Shown piece by piece: positions 1-12,347 of a DNA stretch of 64,000 nucleotides. Made by a program: the position numbers and the translations under genes. Source of the DNA: Mobula hypostoma (taxonomy: Eukaryota). The DNA lies in assembly GCF_963921235.1 (NCBI RefSeq), contig NC_086097.1, positions 224,318,001 through 224,382,000 on the forward strand. The letters run 5' to 3'. The notes below the pieces were generated by a model. It had not been told where the DNA came from. It saw only the letters and a list, made by a program, of their open reading frames with translations, and did not search any database. The stretch's first letter is position 1. Every line of letters begins with the position of its first letter.

Positions 1-218
1 TGAGCAAGGCACTTAATCACATTGCTCTGCGACGACACTGGTGCCAAGCTGTATGGGTCCTAATGCCCTTCCCTTGGACAACATTGGTGTCGTGGAGAGG
101 GGAGACTTGCAGCATGGGCAACTGCTGGTCTTCCATACAACCTTGCCCAGGCCTGCATCCTGGAGAGTGAAGACTTTCCAGGTGCAGATCCATGGTCTCG
201 CAAGACTAACGGATGTCT
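1..218 (+). mobile_element. 3' part of tRNA-derived SINE with RTE-like tail (window-truncated)
   Basis: Reverse complement of the copies at 14991, 42191 and 58772; ends ...CGCAAGACTAACGGATG. Confidence 0.8.
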
Positions 219-225
219 TTTAAAA

Positions 226-2880
226 GAACTATAAATTATATAAATAGTACAAAAGGAGAGCAAAGAGAAAGACTCATGAGGTAGTGTACGTGGGTTCATT
301 GTCCATTCTGGATTCTGATGGCGAAGGGGAAATATCCATTCCTGAAATGTTGAGGATGTGTCTTCAGGCTCCTGCACCTCCTTGTTGAAGGTAGCGATGA
401 GAAGAGGGCATGTCCTAGTGATGGGGGTCCTTAATGAAGGACGCTGCTTTTTTTAGGCATTGCCTTTTGAAGGTGTCCTTGAAGCTGGGGAGGCTAGTGC
501 CCATGATGGAGCTGGCTGAGTTTACAATTTTCTGCAGCTTTTTTTGATCCTTTTCAATGGCCCCTCCAAACCAGACAGTGATGCAACTAGTTAGAATGTT
601 CTCATGGTACTTCTGAATTTGAGAGAGTGCTTGATGACATACCAAGTCTCCTCAAGATTTTAATGCCTTCTTTGTAATTGTTTGGGTCAGTATAGATCTT
701 CGGAGTTGCTGACACCCAGGAACTTGAAACTGCTTACTCTTTCCACTGCTCATTCCTTGATGAGGACCGATGTGTGTTCCCTCGACTTCCCCTTCCTGAA
801 GTCCACAATGAATTCCTTTGTCTTACTGATGTTGAATGCACTCTTGTAGCATTCCGAAATTCTGCCAATAATAGTTGTGACACTGGCAAATTTATAGATG
901 GCATTTGAGCTGTGCCCAGCCACTCAGTCATGGATGTAGAGAGAGTGGAACAGTGGGCTGATCACACATCCTTGAAGTGCACCAATGTTGATTGTCAGTG
1001 AAGAGGAGGTGCTATTTCTGAGCCGGACTGACTGTGATCTCCCAGTGAGAACGTCAAGGATCCAGCCATAGAGGAAGGTACAGAGGTCCAGGTTTTGGAG
1101 CTTGTTGATTAGAACTGAAGGTTTGACTGTGTTGAAACCTGAGTTGTAATCAATGAACAACAGCCTGATGTGTGTATTACTATTGTCCATGTGATCCAAG
1201 GCCGAATGGAGAGCCAGTGAGGTTGCATCCATTGTAGACCTATTGAGGCAAAAGGCAAATTGCAATGGGTGCAGGTCCTTACTTAGGTAGGAGTTGATTC
1301 TGACCATGACCAACCTCTCAAAGCACTTCATCACAATAGATGTGAGAGCAATGTGGAGATAGTCATTAAGGCAGCTTCACTTGCTCTTCTTGGGCACTGG
1401 TATGATTGTCTCCCTTTTGAAGCAGGTGAAAACCTCCGACTGCATCAGCGAGAGATGAGGATATTCTTGAACTCTCCTGCCAGTGGTTGGCACAGTTTTA
1501 CAGAGCGTCACCGGGTACACCATAAGGCCTGACGTCTTGTGAGGTTTCACACTCTTGAAAGATGTTCTGATCTCGGCCTCTGAGACAGAAATCACAGGGT
1601 CACCAGGTGCTGCAGGGACTCACACAGATTTAATTTGATTCTCCCTTTCAAATCATGAATAAAAGGCATTGAGCTCACCTGGGAATGAAACATCACAGTC
1701 ATTCATGATGTTAGGTTTTGCCTTGTAAGAAGTGATGGCCTGCAAACCCCGCCAGAGCTGACGTGCATTGGATTCTGTCTTTAACTTCAATTGGAATTGA
1801 TTTTTTACTCTTTAAGTAGCATTCTGTAGGTGATACCTAGACTTCTTGTATAGTTCTGGATCACTCATCTTGAATGCCACGGATCTAGCCCTCAGCAGAC
1901 TACGGAGGTCCTAGTTTTGATTTGGGTATGTCTGGTATATTCTCAAAGGCACACACTCATCCACACAGAATTCAGTAACCAATGTGGTGTACTCATTCAG
2001 ATTCAAAGACGAATCCCTGAATATTTTCTACTCCACTGACTCAAGGTAGTCCTGTGAGCACTTCACTATTTCCCTTGTCCATATCTCCTTGGTCCTCACC
2101 ACTGGTGCTGCAGTCTTTAATTTCTGCCTGTACCCTAGATGTACAAGTACACCCAGGTGATCAGACCTTCCAAAATGTGGGTGTGGGATGACATGGCAAG
2201 CATTCTTGATGGTGGTAAAACTGTAGTGAAGGGTGTTGGCTCCTCAGAGCCCTTTAAGCCAGCTTGGTTGAAATGCCCACAATGACAGTCAAGGCACCTG
2301 GGTGCGTTGTTTTGTGACTGTTGATCACAGTGCTCAGCTCCTCCAGTGCCTGCCTGAGATTGGCCTGAGGTGGAATGCATCCCGCTAGCAGGATGATAGT
2401 GGGAAAGCTCCCTCAGCAGATAAAATGGGCAACATTTGACCTCTAGATGTTCCAAAATGGGTGAGCAAGATTGAGACAGAACCACCTCGTCTGTGCACCA
2501 TGGTAAGTTAATCATAAAGCATACTCCTCGACCTTTAAAAGATTTGTCTTTTTGGTAAATGTGAAAACCTCAGGATGCAATGCTGTGTTCAAAACAGGGA
2601 TAGCCATGCTTCTGTGAAGCAAAGTACACAGCTGTTCCTGATATCCCTCTGGTACAGAATTCTTGTTCTGAGGTCTTCAGTTCTATTTTCCAGAGACTGT
2701 ACATTTGCCAGTAGGGTAGTTGGGAGTGGGGTTCTAAGGGCACAGTGGTTCAATCGTACCTGCAGACCAGCTCGCCTTCACGCTTCTTTTTCTTTGAAGG
2801 GGAACTGCCCTCATGACCCAAGTCTGCAGTCAGCATCTGCCGATTTTGAGTATGGATAGATTGTTTAACCATCTTAAAAT
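226..2880 (-). mobile_element. Degenerate near-full-length Rex/Babar-type LINE (APE + RT)
   Basis: ORF fragments 924-1334 (KCFERLV..HPLQFAF..NRSTMDA..LLFIDYNSGFNT), 415-645, 1377-1595 and endonuclease-like 2135-2515; many stops and frameshifts. Confidence 0.85.
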
Positions 2881-3074
2881 GATGTTACTTACTGAAGTAC
2901 CCTGTAGCTGTGCCTGTGAATTTCATCTTTAGTAGTCCTAAACAGGAATATTTGAAGATTATTACAGACAGAGATTAAAGTCTGCAACATCAGTGGTGAG
3001 GACCAAGGAATGTGGACAAGGAAGTTGGTGAACAGGAACAGGGCCTTTGGCCCAACTAGTCTATGCTGATCCAA

Positions 3075-3462
3075 GCTTGGCTTTTTTTTCCTTGGAGCAA
3101 CGGAGGATGAGAGGTGACCTGATAGAGGTGTATAAGATGATGAGAGGCATTGATTGTGTGGATAGTCAGAGGCTTTTTCCCAGGGCTGAAATAGCTAGCA
3201 TGAGAGGGCACAGTTTTAAGGTGTTTGGAAGTAGATACAGAGGAGATGTGAGGGGTAAGTTTTCTTACGCTGAGGGTGGTGAGTGTGTGGAATGGGCTGC
3301 TGGTGACGGTGGTGGAGGCGGATACAATAGGGTCTTTTAAGAGGCTCCTGGACGGGTACATGGAGCTCAGAAAGTTTCTCAGGTAAGGACATGTTCAGCA
3401 CAGCTTTGTGGGCCGAAGGGCCTGTAATGTGCTGTCGGTTTTCTATGTTTCGATGTTTCTAT
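3075..3462 (+). mobile_element. CR1 LINE 3' end (5'-truncated)
   Basis: FSLEQRRMRGDLIEVYKMMRG motif; 3' hairpin followed by (TTTCTATG)n tail. Confidence 0.85.
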
Positions 3463-3499
3463 GATTGCCATCAGAGCTGCATGCAAAGAGTCACCAGTT

Positions 3500-3945
3500 A
3501 TTGGTGCTACTTTCACTGGAGGCCTGATACAAGTGGTGAGCCACAGAGATAGGTGCTGGGTCTGTTGTAGTTTGTCATCTATATCAGCAATCTGGATGAT
3601 AATGTGTAAACTAGATCAGCAAATTTACAGATGCCATCAAGATTGGGGGTACAGTGGACAGTGAGGAAGACCATCAAAGCTTGGAGAAGGATCTGGACCA
3701 GCTGAAAAAATGGGCTGAAAAATGACAGATGGAATTTAATGCAGACAAGTGTGCACGTTGGGAGGACAAGCCAGGGTAGGAGTTACATGGTGAACAATAG
3801 AGCACAGAGGAGTGCAGTGGAACAGAGGGATCTAAGAATACAGATCCATCATTCCTTGAAAGTGATGTCACAGATAGATACGATCATAAAGCAAGGTTTT
3901 TTGCACATTGGCCTTCATAAATCAAAATGTTGAGTACAGGAGTCA
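3500..3945 (+). mobile_element. CR1 RT fragment
   Basis: Degenerate QG..LGP / SKFADD / QMEFN region similar to the 40493-41845 ORF. Confidence 0.75.
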
Positions 3946-3949
3946 TGCT

Positions 3950-4068
3950 GAAGATGTTTTGTCCTGAAACGTCGACTGTACTCTTTACCATGGATGCTGC
4001 CTGGCCTGCTGAGTTCTTCCAGCACTTTGTGTGTGTTGCTCAGATTTCCTGCATCTGCAGATTTTCTC
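3950..4068 (+). mobile_element. Penelope-like element terminal-repeat fragment
   Basis: CCTGAAACGTCGACTGTAC..GATGCTGCCTGGCCTGCTG..CATCTGCAGA, shared with 39193-39429, 47087-47295 and 50863-51078. Confidence 0.65.
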
Positions 4069-4089
4069 TTCATTTTCCACATTGATTCC

Positions 4090-4680
4090 ATTCTTTGTGC
4101 AAAAGAAGTTGAACTTCAAGTTCCTCTTAGTTCTTTTCCCTCTCACTTTAAACCTATATCGTTTAGTTCTTGGTACCACAACTCTGGGAAGAGCACCCTA
4201 TCTTGATTTTATACACGTCTTTAAGATCATCTCTTGGTCATCTGCGCTCTAAGGAACAATGCCAAGCCTGCCCAGCCTCTCCCTGTAACTACTCCTGTAA
4301 GTCCTGGAAGCATCCTTGTAGATCTTTTCTACCCTCTTTCCAGATTAATAACATCTTTCCCATTGCAGGGTGACCAAAACTGAACACAGTACTCCAAATG
4401 AGGCTTCACAAACATCCTGTACAGCAGCTCCATAATGGCACAACTCGGTGCCCTGGCTTACGAAGGCCAGCATGCTAAAAGCCTTCTTCATCACCCTGTC
4501 TACCTGTGAGTCCACCTTCAGGGAACCATGTACTTGTACTCCATGGTCCTTCTTTCTACAACACTTCCCGGGTCCCTCCCATTCACTATGGAAGTCCTAC
4601 CTGAATTTGATTTTCCAAAATGCAGCATTTATTCAAACTGAACTCCATTTGCCACTCTTCAACCCACTTACTCACGTGAG
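4090..4680 (-). mobile_element. Old CR1 RT C-terminal fragment
   Basis: Reverse strand resembles the LEYCVQFWSP and RTRGH.LK segments of CR1. Confidence 0.7.
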
Positions 4681-4861
4681 CAAAGCTTTATTTTACATGA
4701 CCCGGTGTAACTGAGTGATACATTGTACATATTCCAAGGCCAATCTTGGGATTCCTTGATATTATGTTGGTAAGTTAGCAACCAGTCCCTGTGTCAGGTC
4801 AGCCTTGGCATAGGATTTGAGCAAATATGAGAAAATCCTTGGCAAGGGATTTTAGACCTGC

Positions 4862-5245
4862 AGAATCAGAATCACCTGATTGGAATCAGGTTTACTATCA
4901 CTGGCATATATCATGAAATTGGTTCACTTAGTGGCAGCAATGCAATGCATCATAATAAAGAAAAAAATAAGTAGATCAATTACAGTATATATATTAGATA
5001 GTTAAATTAAAACTAGTGCAAATACAGAAATAATAGAAGTGAGGTAGTGTTCAAGGGTTCAGTGTCCATATAAGAATCAGATGGCAGAGGGGAAGAAGGT
5101 GTTCCTGAATCACTGAGTGTGTGCCTTCAGACTTCTGTACCTCCTTCCTGATGGCAACAGTGAGAAAAGGGCATGCCCTGGGTGATGGGAGTCCTTAATA
5201 ATGGACGCTGCCTTTCTGAGGCATTGCTCTTTGAGGATGTTTTGG
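4862..5245 (-). mobile_element. Rex/Babar LINE 3' end
   Basis: CLRKAASIIKDSHHPGHALFSLLPSGRRYRSLKAHTQ; (GATTCT)n tail. Confidence 0.8.
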
Positions 5246-5417
5246 ATAGTATGAAGGATAAGAAGATAAGAAAATGGGAGTGAGTTCCGGCTACTCATCA
5301 TTTCAAATTTATATAGTTTTGGCTGATCTGCCCCAATTCTTATATGCATCTCGGTACAAATTCCCCATTGACACCAATTCCCAATTCTTTCAAACATCTA
5401 AATATCCTTAATGATTG

Positions 5418-5885
5418 ACACTCAGTGTCCAACTTTATTAAGTATAACTGTACACCTGCTCATTATTGCAAATATCTAATCAGCCAATCGTCTGGTAGTA
5501 ACTCAATGCATAAAAGTATGCAGACATTGTACTGTGTGGATCTATTTCTTTTAGAGCAATGACCTCCCCACTCCCCCCCCCCCTTAGCACTAGGTATTGA
5601 TCTGTTGTCTGCGCATGTGCATTGCTCTCTCTCTCTCTTTCTCGATGCAATGTGAATACACCAGTTGAAGCCATCTCCCATGTGTGTGCTTTTATTTAAT
5701 ATATATGTAGATATGCACAGGTGCAACAAACACAATCAAAAGGTTCAGACCAAGCATCAGAATGGGGAAGAAATGTGATCCAATTGACTGACTATGGAAT
5801 GATTGTTAGTGCCAGAGAGGATGGTTTGACTATCTCAAAAACTGCTGATCTCCTGAGATTTTCACACACAATAGTCTCTAGAGTT
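5418..5885 (+). mobile_element. Tc1/mariner 5' fragment interrupted by a ~200-bp TG..CA insert (~5528-5727)
   Basis: CACTCAGTG..ACTTTATTA TIR-like start; decayed MGKKCD..GMIV.AR.DGL.IS.TADLL.FSHT.VSRV HTH coding segment. Confidence 0.65.
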
Positions 5886-7054
5886 GTGACCAACCTCTCA
5901 AAGCATTTCATAACCGTAGATGTGAATGCTACTGGCCCATAGTCATTAAGGCAGCTCACACTGCTCCTCTTGGGCACTGGTGTAATTGTTGCCCTTTTGT
6001 AGCAGGTGGAACTCCTGACTGTATCTGGGTGATTGTCTTTAGATGACAACTTCAGCTTCCAGTGACAGACATTGGGAGGGTTTGTGAGAAACAAGTGGGG
6101 AGTGTGGTGCAAATCCCACATTGTATGCTTTGTTGGTAGAGTCCCATGTATTCTTAAGCCTGTCTATGATTGGATGTGGTTGGCCATGCCTGCCATCAGT
6201 GACATCTCCTTTTACTAAGTCCTTGAGTGTGTGGGTTAAACCTACAATTCTGTTTTTTTTTAATATTCAGGGGTTCAGGCTAATTTTTGAACCTCAGAGA
6301 TGTAGTTTTAATATAGCTGTTGATGAGTCTAATTTTAACATAAGTTTAAATTCAGTAATATTGAAACAGATGCCTTCTGACTGCATGCATCTGCTCCTAT
6401 ATTACTGAAATTAAATTTATATTACGCCTCCTCTGGGCTTCTGAAATGCTTCTCATCCACCGGGGTCTGTGTTGGGACCGATTCCTTTTACGTTATATGT
6501 CAATGACTTGGATGGTGGAATTGATGGCTTTGTTGCAAAGTTTGCAGATGATGCATCGAAGGAGCCGGCTGAGGTGTCGAGGGAGTCAGTCGGAATATCG
6601 GAAGAGCCCTTCTGGATGTTGGAGGAGCTAGTTTTGGTTTGGAGGAGCTGAACCTGACTGCAGACCGTATTGCTGCCCGCTACTCGGAAGCATTGGGGTT
6701 GGTGCTGTATAATTGTGGAAGATTGTCTCAGACACTTCACTTGCAATTGGAAGGCTCTGTTGGACAGTGATAAAGTAAGTTGCTGCAGGCCTGTTACCCT
6801 TGTCTGGTGGAGGGACAGGTGACATGGGAGCTGTTGTAGCCTCAGTTGTAGCAAGAACTAAGCCTCAAGCCTCAGGCTAGCCTGCTACTGCAGACTAGGT
6901 GAGAGTCATGGTGGTGCTACAGTTCGCTGAGGCCTAGCCTCTCCCATTGGTACTCTCTTCCGGTGTTTGAGCAGTGGAATGACAGGCTAAATTATGTGCG
7001 TCTGTGCACAGTCAGGTGACTGTACCACTGATTGTAGGACATTGTCCTATAAAG

Positions 7055-7900
7055 AGGAAAAAATGTTTCCTGTGGTGGGAGAGTATAAGACCAGAGGACA
7101 CAGTCTCAAAAGAGGAGAATCCCAACTGGTTGGAGGCTTAATTTCACTGTCAAGGCTGCAACACAGCCTCTGGTATAACCTTAGAATAGGGACATCCATT
7201 TAGAACAGAGATGAGGAGGAATTTCTTTAGCCAGAGGGAGATGAATCTGTGGAATTCATTGCCCCAGACAGCTGTGGAGGCCAGGTCATAGGGTATCTTA
7301 AGAGTGGAGGTTGATAGGTCTTGATTAGTCAGAGCATCGAAGGTTACAGGGAGGAGGCAGGAGAATGGAATTCAAAGGGATAATAAAGGATGTGTTGTCA
7401 TTGGAGAGAATCAGAGGAGGTTCACAAGGATGATTCCAGGAATGAAGGGGTTAACATATGAGGAGCGTTTGGCAGCTTTGGGCCAGTACTCACTGGAATG
7501 CAGAAGAATGCATGGGGATCTCACTGAAGCCTACTAAATGTTGAAAGAACCAGATGGGGTGGATGTGAAGATGAAGATTCCCATGGTGAGGGTATCCAGA
7601 ACTAAAGGGTACAGTCTCAAAACTGAGGGCTGACCTTTGAGAACAGAGGTAAGGAGGAATTTTATTTTTAACCAGAATAGTCAGTCTGTGGAATGCTCTG
7701 CCACAGACTGCGGTGGAGACCAGGTCAATGGGTATATTTAAGGTGAAAGTTGATAGCTTCCTGATCACTTAGGGCATCAAAGGATATGGCAAGAAGGCAG
7801 GTGTATGGGGTTGAGTGGGATCCGGGTTCAGCCATGATGGAATGGCAGAGCAGACTCCAGGAGCCAAATGGCCTATTTCTGCTCTTTTGTCTTATGGTCA
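7055..7900 (+). mobile_element. Two tandem CR1 3' fragments
   Basis: Repeated KMFP..TRGHSL and RRNFFSQR motifs; 3' tail TTGTCTTATGGTC. Confidence 0.75.
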
Positions 7901-7963
7901 ATAGGACAACAGATGAGCACTCTGAAAAGTTTCAGCTCCTAATTCATCTTTATTCAACATAAT

Positions 7964-8908
7964 TCAAGAAGTCAAGTCAAGTCACTTTTTATTGTCATTT
8001 TGACCATAACTGCAGGTACAGTACACAGTAAAAATGAGACAACGTTTTTCAGGACCATGGTGCTACATGAAACAATACAAAAACTACACTGAACTACGTA
8101 AAAACACAAAAGCTACACTAGACTACAGACCTATCCAGGACTGCATAAAGTGCACAAAACAGTGCAGGTATTACCATAAATAATAAACGACAATATGCAC
8201 AGTAGAGGGCAGTAGGTTGGTGTCAGTCCAGGCTCTGGGTATTGAGGAATCTGATGGCTTGGGGGAAGAAACTGTTACATAGTCTGGTCGTGAGAGCCCA
8301 AATGCTTCGATGCCTTTTGCCAGATGGCAGGAGGGAGAAGAGTTTGTATGAGGGGTGTGAGGGGTCCTTCATAATGCTGTTTGCTTTGCGAATGCAGTTG
8401 TGTGGTGTAAATGTCTGTAAGGATGGGAAGAGAGACCCCGATGATCTTCTCAGCTGACCTCACTATCTGCTGCAGGGTCTTGCGATCCGAGATGGCGCAA
8501 TTTCCAAACCAAGCAGTGATGCAGCTGCTCAGGATGCTCTCAGTACAACCTCTGTATAATGCGGTGAGGATGGGGGGGTGGGAGGTGGACTTTTCTCAGC
8601 CTTCGCAGAAAGTAGAGACGCTGCTGGGCTTTCTTTGCTATGGAGCTGGTGTTGAGGGACCAGGTGAGATTCTCTGCCAGGTGAAAACCACGAAATTTGG
8701 TACTCTTAACAATCTCTACGGAGGAGTCATCGATGTTCAGCAGAGAGTGGTCGCTCCGTGTCCTCCTGAAGCCAACAATCATATCTCTTGTTTTGTTCAC
8801 ATTCAGAGACAGGTTATTGGCTCTGCACCAGTCCGTTAGCCGCAGCACCTCCTCTCTGTATGCTGACTCATTGTTCTTGCTGATGAGACCCACCACGGTC
8901 GTGTCATC
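7964..8908 (-). mobile_element. Rex/Babar LINE, 5'-truncated
   Basis: ORF 8540-8896 (VGLISKNNESAYREEV..WCRANNLSLNVNKT..KKAQQRLYFLRRL); (GACTT)n tail. Confidence 0.85.
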
Positions 8909-8972
8909 CTTGATTTTGTCCAGGAAAAAGCAGTTTGCCTACTTAATGCCTTCCTGCACCAGCATACAGTGG

Positions 8973-9062
8973 CTACTGCAAGGTCTCCAGTAGGGAGCAA
9001 GCTCCTTGGTAACTCTTCTCACATTCTTTGATAGCACGTTTAAACTCTTCAGTATCTATCAA
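8973..9062 (-). CDS. Candidate terminal coding exon (LIDTEEFKRAIKECEKSYQGACSLLETLQ*), product unknown
   Basis: Strong acceptor TATTTTTGCCTTTGTAG, then 29 open codons and TAG in sequence I do not recognise as a repeat; no homolog recognised. Confidence 0.3.
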   Translation of the reverse strand: MIDTEEFKRAIKECEKSYQGACSLLETLQ

Positions 9063-9104
9063 CTACAAAGGCAAAAATATTAGCTTCATGGACACATAGC
9101 ATCG

Positions 9105-10255
9105 TGTGACGGGATCCTGAATTATCCCTTATGAACTGTGCTTTTAAAAAGAGAGAGAGAGAGAGAGAGAACGAGCTGTACAACACAAACACCTTGTTGT
9201 TAAGAGAGAGAGGTGAAGACTGCTCACAGTTTGCTCAGAAATGGTGTTATGGTTTCTCTGCAGCGTGTTTACACTTTTGCAAGGACACTGCCAGCTTCTG
9301 AGTTCCTACAGAGAGAGAAGGGAGGAGCTACTTGATGGACAGCTGGTGTTCAGCACAACAGTATTTAAATAGGCGTAATTGCTTGTTTCACAGGACACGC
9401 AGACGCACATGGGTGTGGTGGAGTTACCACTATTCTGTTCAGGTGCCCACGAGTGTGGGACTGAGGATCGATCCTGAGGGATCGATCTGTGATTATTAGT
9501 GCGTGAAAGAGCGACCTTGTAGAGTCTACTAGTGTGTCTAACCCTCGCCTGGGTTGGTAGACTATCACTTGAAGACAGTGCTCTTAAGTTGGTCAAGTTT
9601 GGCTAACTTGGAAGTTTCAGAGGACAACAGGAAGAATTGACAGCATTGGCTTACTCGAACAACAACACCTCTCTCTCTCCATCACTACTCAACTGAATAC
9701 CACGAACTGAACTGAAATTTACTCATCATTGTAAGACTGTATCCATTTACCCCTAGGCTTGAAGAAGCTTGGTTTTTATATTTCCACACTTAACCATATA
9801 ACCATATAACCATATAACAATTACAGCATAGAAACAGGCCATCTCGGCCCTTCTAGTCCGTGCCGAACTCTTACTCTCACCTAGTCCCACCGACCTGCAC
9901 TCAGCCCCTAACCCTCCATTCCTCTCCTGTTGATATATTTATCCAATTTCACTTCAAATGAAACATTGAACCTGCCTCAACCACTTCTGCTGGAAGCTCG
10001 TTCCACACAGCTACCACTCTCTGAGTAAAGAATTTCCCCCTCATGTTACCCCTAAACTTTTGCCCTTTAACTCTCAACTCATATATAAATAAATATCTTA
10101 AATATCCATAATCTTTGCTAACCTGTTTGATATATCTGATTTTATATTACTGTATTGCGTAGTTACTAATAAATAGCATTAGTTAATAGCAATACCAGAC
10201 TCCAAAGTGTTATCCATTTCTGCTAGTTCTTTAACCCGTCACGGGGTATGTGACA
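9105..10255 (+). mobile_element. Solo LTR with an internal CR1 3' fragment (~9793-10082, minus)
   Basis: Starts TGTGAC, ends GTGACA; flanks ATCG/ATAG (imperfect 4-bp TSD); AATAAA near the 3' end; inner (ACCATATA)n CR1 tail. Confidence 0.7.
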
Positions 10256-10277
10256 ATAGACCTGATGCTTGCTCAGG

Positions 10278-10372
10278 ACTGATGAAGGGTCTCGGCCCAA
10301 AATGTCACCTGTACTCTTTTCCATAGCTGCTCCCTGGCATGCTAAGTTCCTCCAGCATATTGTGTGTGCTGC
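10278..10372 (+). mobile_element. Penelope-like terminal-repeat fragment with decayed hammerhead core
   Basis: CTGATGAAGGGTCTCGGCCCAAAATGTC (GAAA mutated to AAAA). Confidence 0.6.
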
Positions 10373-10465
10373 TTTTCCACTGAGAGTGTCTCATTTTGTT
10401 GAATAAAACGTCTCTGTATCCACTAGCTTCAGTGTCTTTCCTGGGACTTTGTTTACGTTATGACA

Positions 10466-11142
10466 ATAATCATTAGAACAAAGAGCAGAACGATAATAAC
10501 AAAGTAATATGAATCTAAGGATGTACATTAACAGTTAGACCCCAGTTCCAGGCTTTACTGCAAAAGGGTGGATTCTGCAAAACATTAGCTAAATCCACAT
10601 AATCTTTAATAATCTCTGATAATTCATGCCTTTGTCAAATAATAGCTTCATTCTGGTTAATAACTCTATCTCACAGAAAAATGAGGGCTAGGTGGAAGAG
10701 CAGTAGGTACATATCTACATAAATCCTCAGCACTATCATTGATATATCTACTCAGGTGAATGGGTTTCACACCAGGTTTGGTTAACATTTGTCCAGCCAA
10801 AATTAAGTCCCTTGAAACATTGGAAACTGCAACATTAGAGTTAATCAAACTGCAAATTAAAAATCTCCTTTTGTAATGTGTGCTTGAAGTAACAATATAA
10901 TAAGTATCATTCACTAAACAAATTTGACGAATGTCCTGTTATTGACAGGCAAAATAAGTAAAGAACAATTATCATAAGAAGCAAACGCACAATTTATTAA
11001 CCTATTCTTAACTAAATCCGCTGGGCAAATCCAATATACTTTCTTTTGATGACAGGAAACAAATTCAATCCTTTTGTAAATCCTTGCCATTTACTAGCAT
11101 AAGCAGATGAATTGGTAAGTGAAATTGAAACTCTTTCTCAAC
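10466..11142 (-). pseudogene. C-terminal part of a decayed viral fusion glycoprotein (env/F-like): Cys-rich region, HR2, Trp-rich membrane-proximal region, TM
   Basis: Manual translation across frameshifts: SCHQKKVYWICPADLVKNRLINCAFASYDNCSLLILPVNNRT / ICLVNDTYYIVTS.. / HELSEIIKDYVDLANVLQNPPFCSKAWNWGLTVNVHP* / FVIIVLLFVLMII. Confidence 0.65.
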
Positions 11143-11149
11143 ATTATGG

Positions 11150-11564
11150 ACCTTTCATAGCAGGTATAGAGCCCTTCAGCCCATCTAATCCATGCTGAAC
11201 CATTGAACTGCCTAGTCCCATCGATCTGTACCCAAACCATTGCCCTCCATACTCCTATCATCCATATACCTATCCAAACTTCTCAAACATTTAAACTGAG
11301 TGTCAATTATACTGGCAGCTTGTTCCACACTCTCACAACCCCTCATGCTCCATTTAAACTTTGCACATTTCACTCTTAAGCTGTAACCTTTAGTTGTAGT
11401 CCCACTTAATCACAGTAGAAAAATCCTGCTTGCATTTACTATACCCCGCATAATTTTGTATACCTCTATCAAACCTCTCCTCAATCTTTTACATTCCAAA
11501 GCACAAAGTGCTAACCAATTCAATCTTTCCTTATAACTCAGGTACTCCAGTCCTAGCAACATTC
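11150..11564 (-). mobile_element. CR1 3' end; resumes at 14368-14390 after the nested insertion
   Basis: RMLLGLEYLSYKERLN.L.L..LE.KRLR.GLIEVYKIMRG; GCAACATTC|..|CATTCTTGTAAAT rejoins CR1 sequence. Confidence 0.8.
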
Positions 11565-12347
11565 TGTTACAAGGGGCGGCTGGAGGTGACTGGAGGAAGT
11601 GGACCCAGAGCAGGACACAGGCACGGAGACTTGACACGGAGACGGATTTGCACTCGGAGCCAGGACTTGGACTGAGACTTGACTTGATCTCAGGACCAGG
11701 ACATGGACTGGGACTTGACCTGGACACGAGGCCTTGACTTGACTGGACATGAAGCCCTGACTTGAACTGGGACTCAGAGCCTTGAATTTTTCTGGGGCTT
11801 GGAGCCAACAAACAAAACAATGACAGACAACTCACATCCCGGCTTGGAGCAGCAGCAAAAATGGCCAGACCCACTCAGCAGGAAGCGAAGCGACAAAAAC
11901 AAACAACGACAGACCACTCGGATCCCGGCTCGGAGCAGCGGCAAAAATGGCTGGACCCACTCAGCTGGACATGAGATGACAAAAATAAACAACAACAGAC
12001 AAGAAGTATTTTGACACAGAGAAGTTCATGAAGACAGTCCCTTATCCTTGGCAGCTCGGAAGACGGCCCCTTAATCTCGACGGCTCAGAAGATTCATTAC
12101 CGCCCTGGCTGCGGTGACTAACCAGCCTCTTGACTGGAAGCAGGAACAGTGGATGACAGGCTCTCGACTCGACCCAGGAACTGCGGGCAGCAGGCTCTTC
12201 ACTCGACTCAGACTTGGAACTTGATTTGACTCAGACTCTGAACTTGACTCGACTCGGACTCGGAACTTGACTCAACTCAAACTCGGCAGCTCGGAACGAG
12301 CATAGACTCACTGCTGAGGTGACGAACCAGCAGCGAGTAGATGTAAG

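Noticed and set aside
10278..10310. Hammerhead-like motif
   Set aside because: The core GAAA is mutated to AAAA and stem I is lost, so it is unlikely to be active
9105..10465. LTR pieces next to the env-like fossil as its cognate 3' LTR
   Set aside because: Their AATAAA signals point to the plus strand, opposite to env, there is no PPT between them, and 9105-10255 has its own TSD-like flanks; more likely later insertions
11620..12300. Short periodic repeats that could be mistaken for a CRISPR array
   Set aside because: Degenerate 5-6-mer tandem units with no unique spacers, in a eukaryotic LTR-like element, and no cas genes
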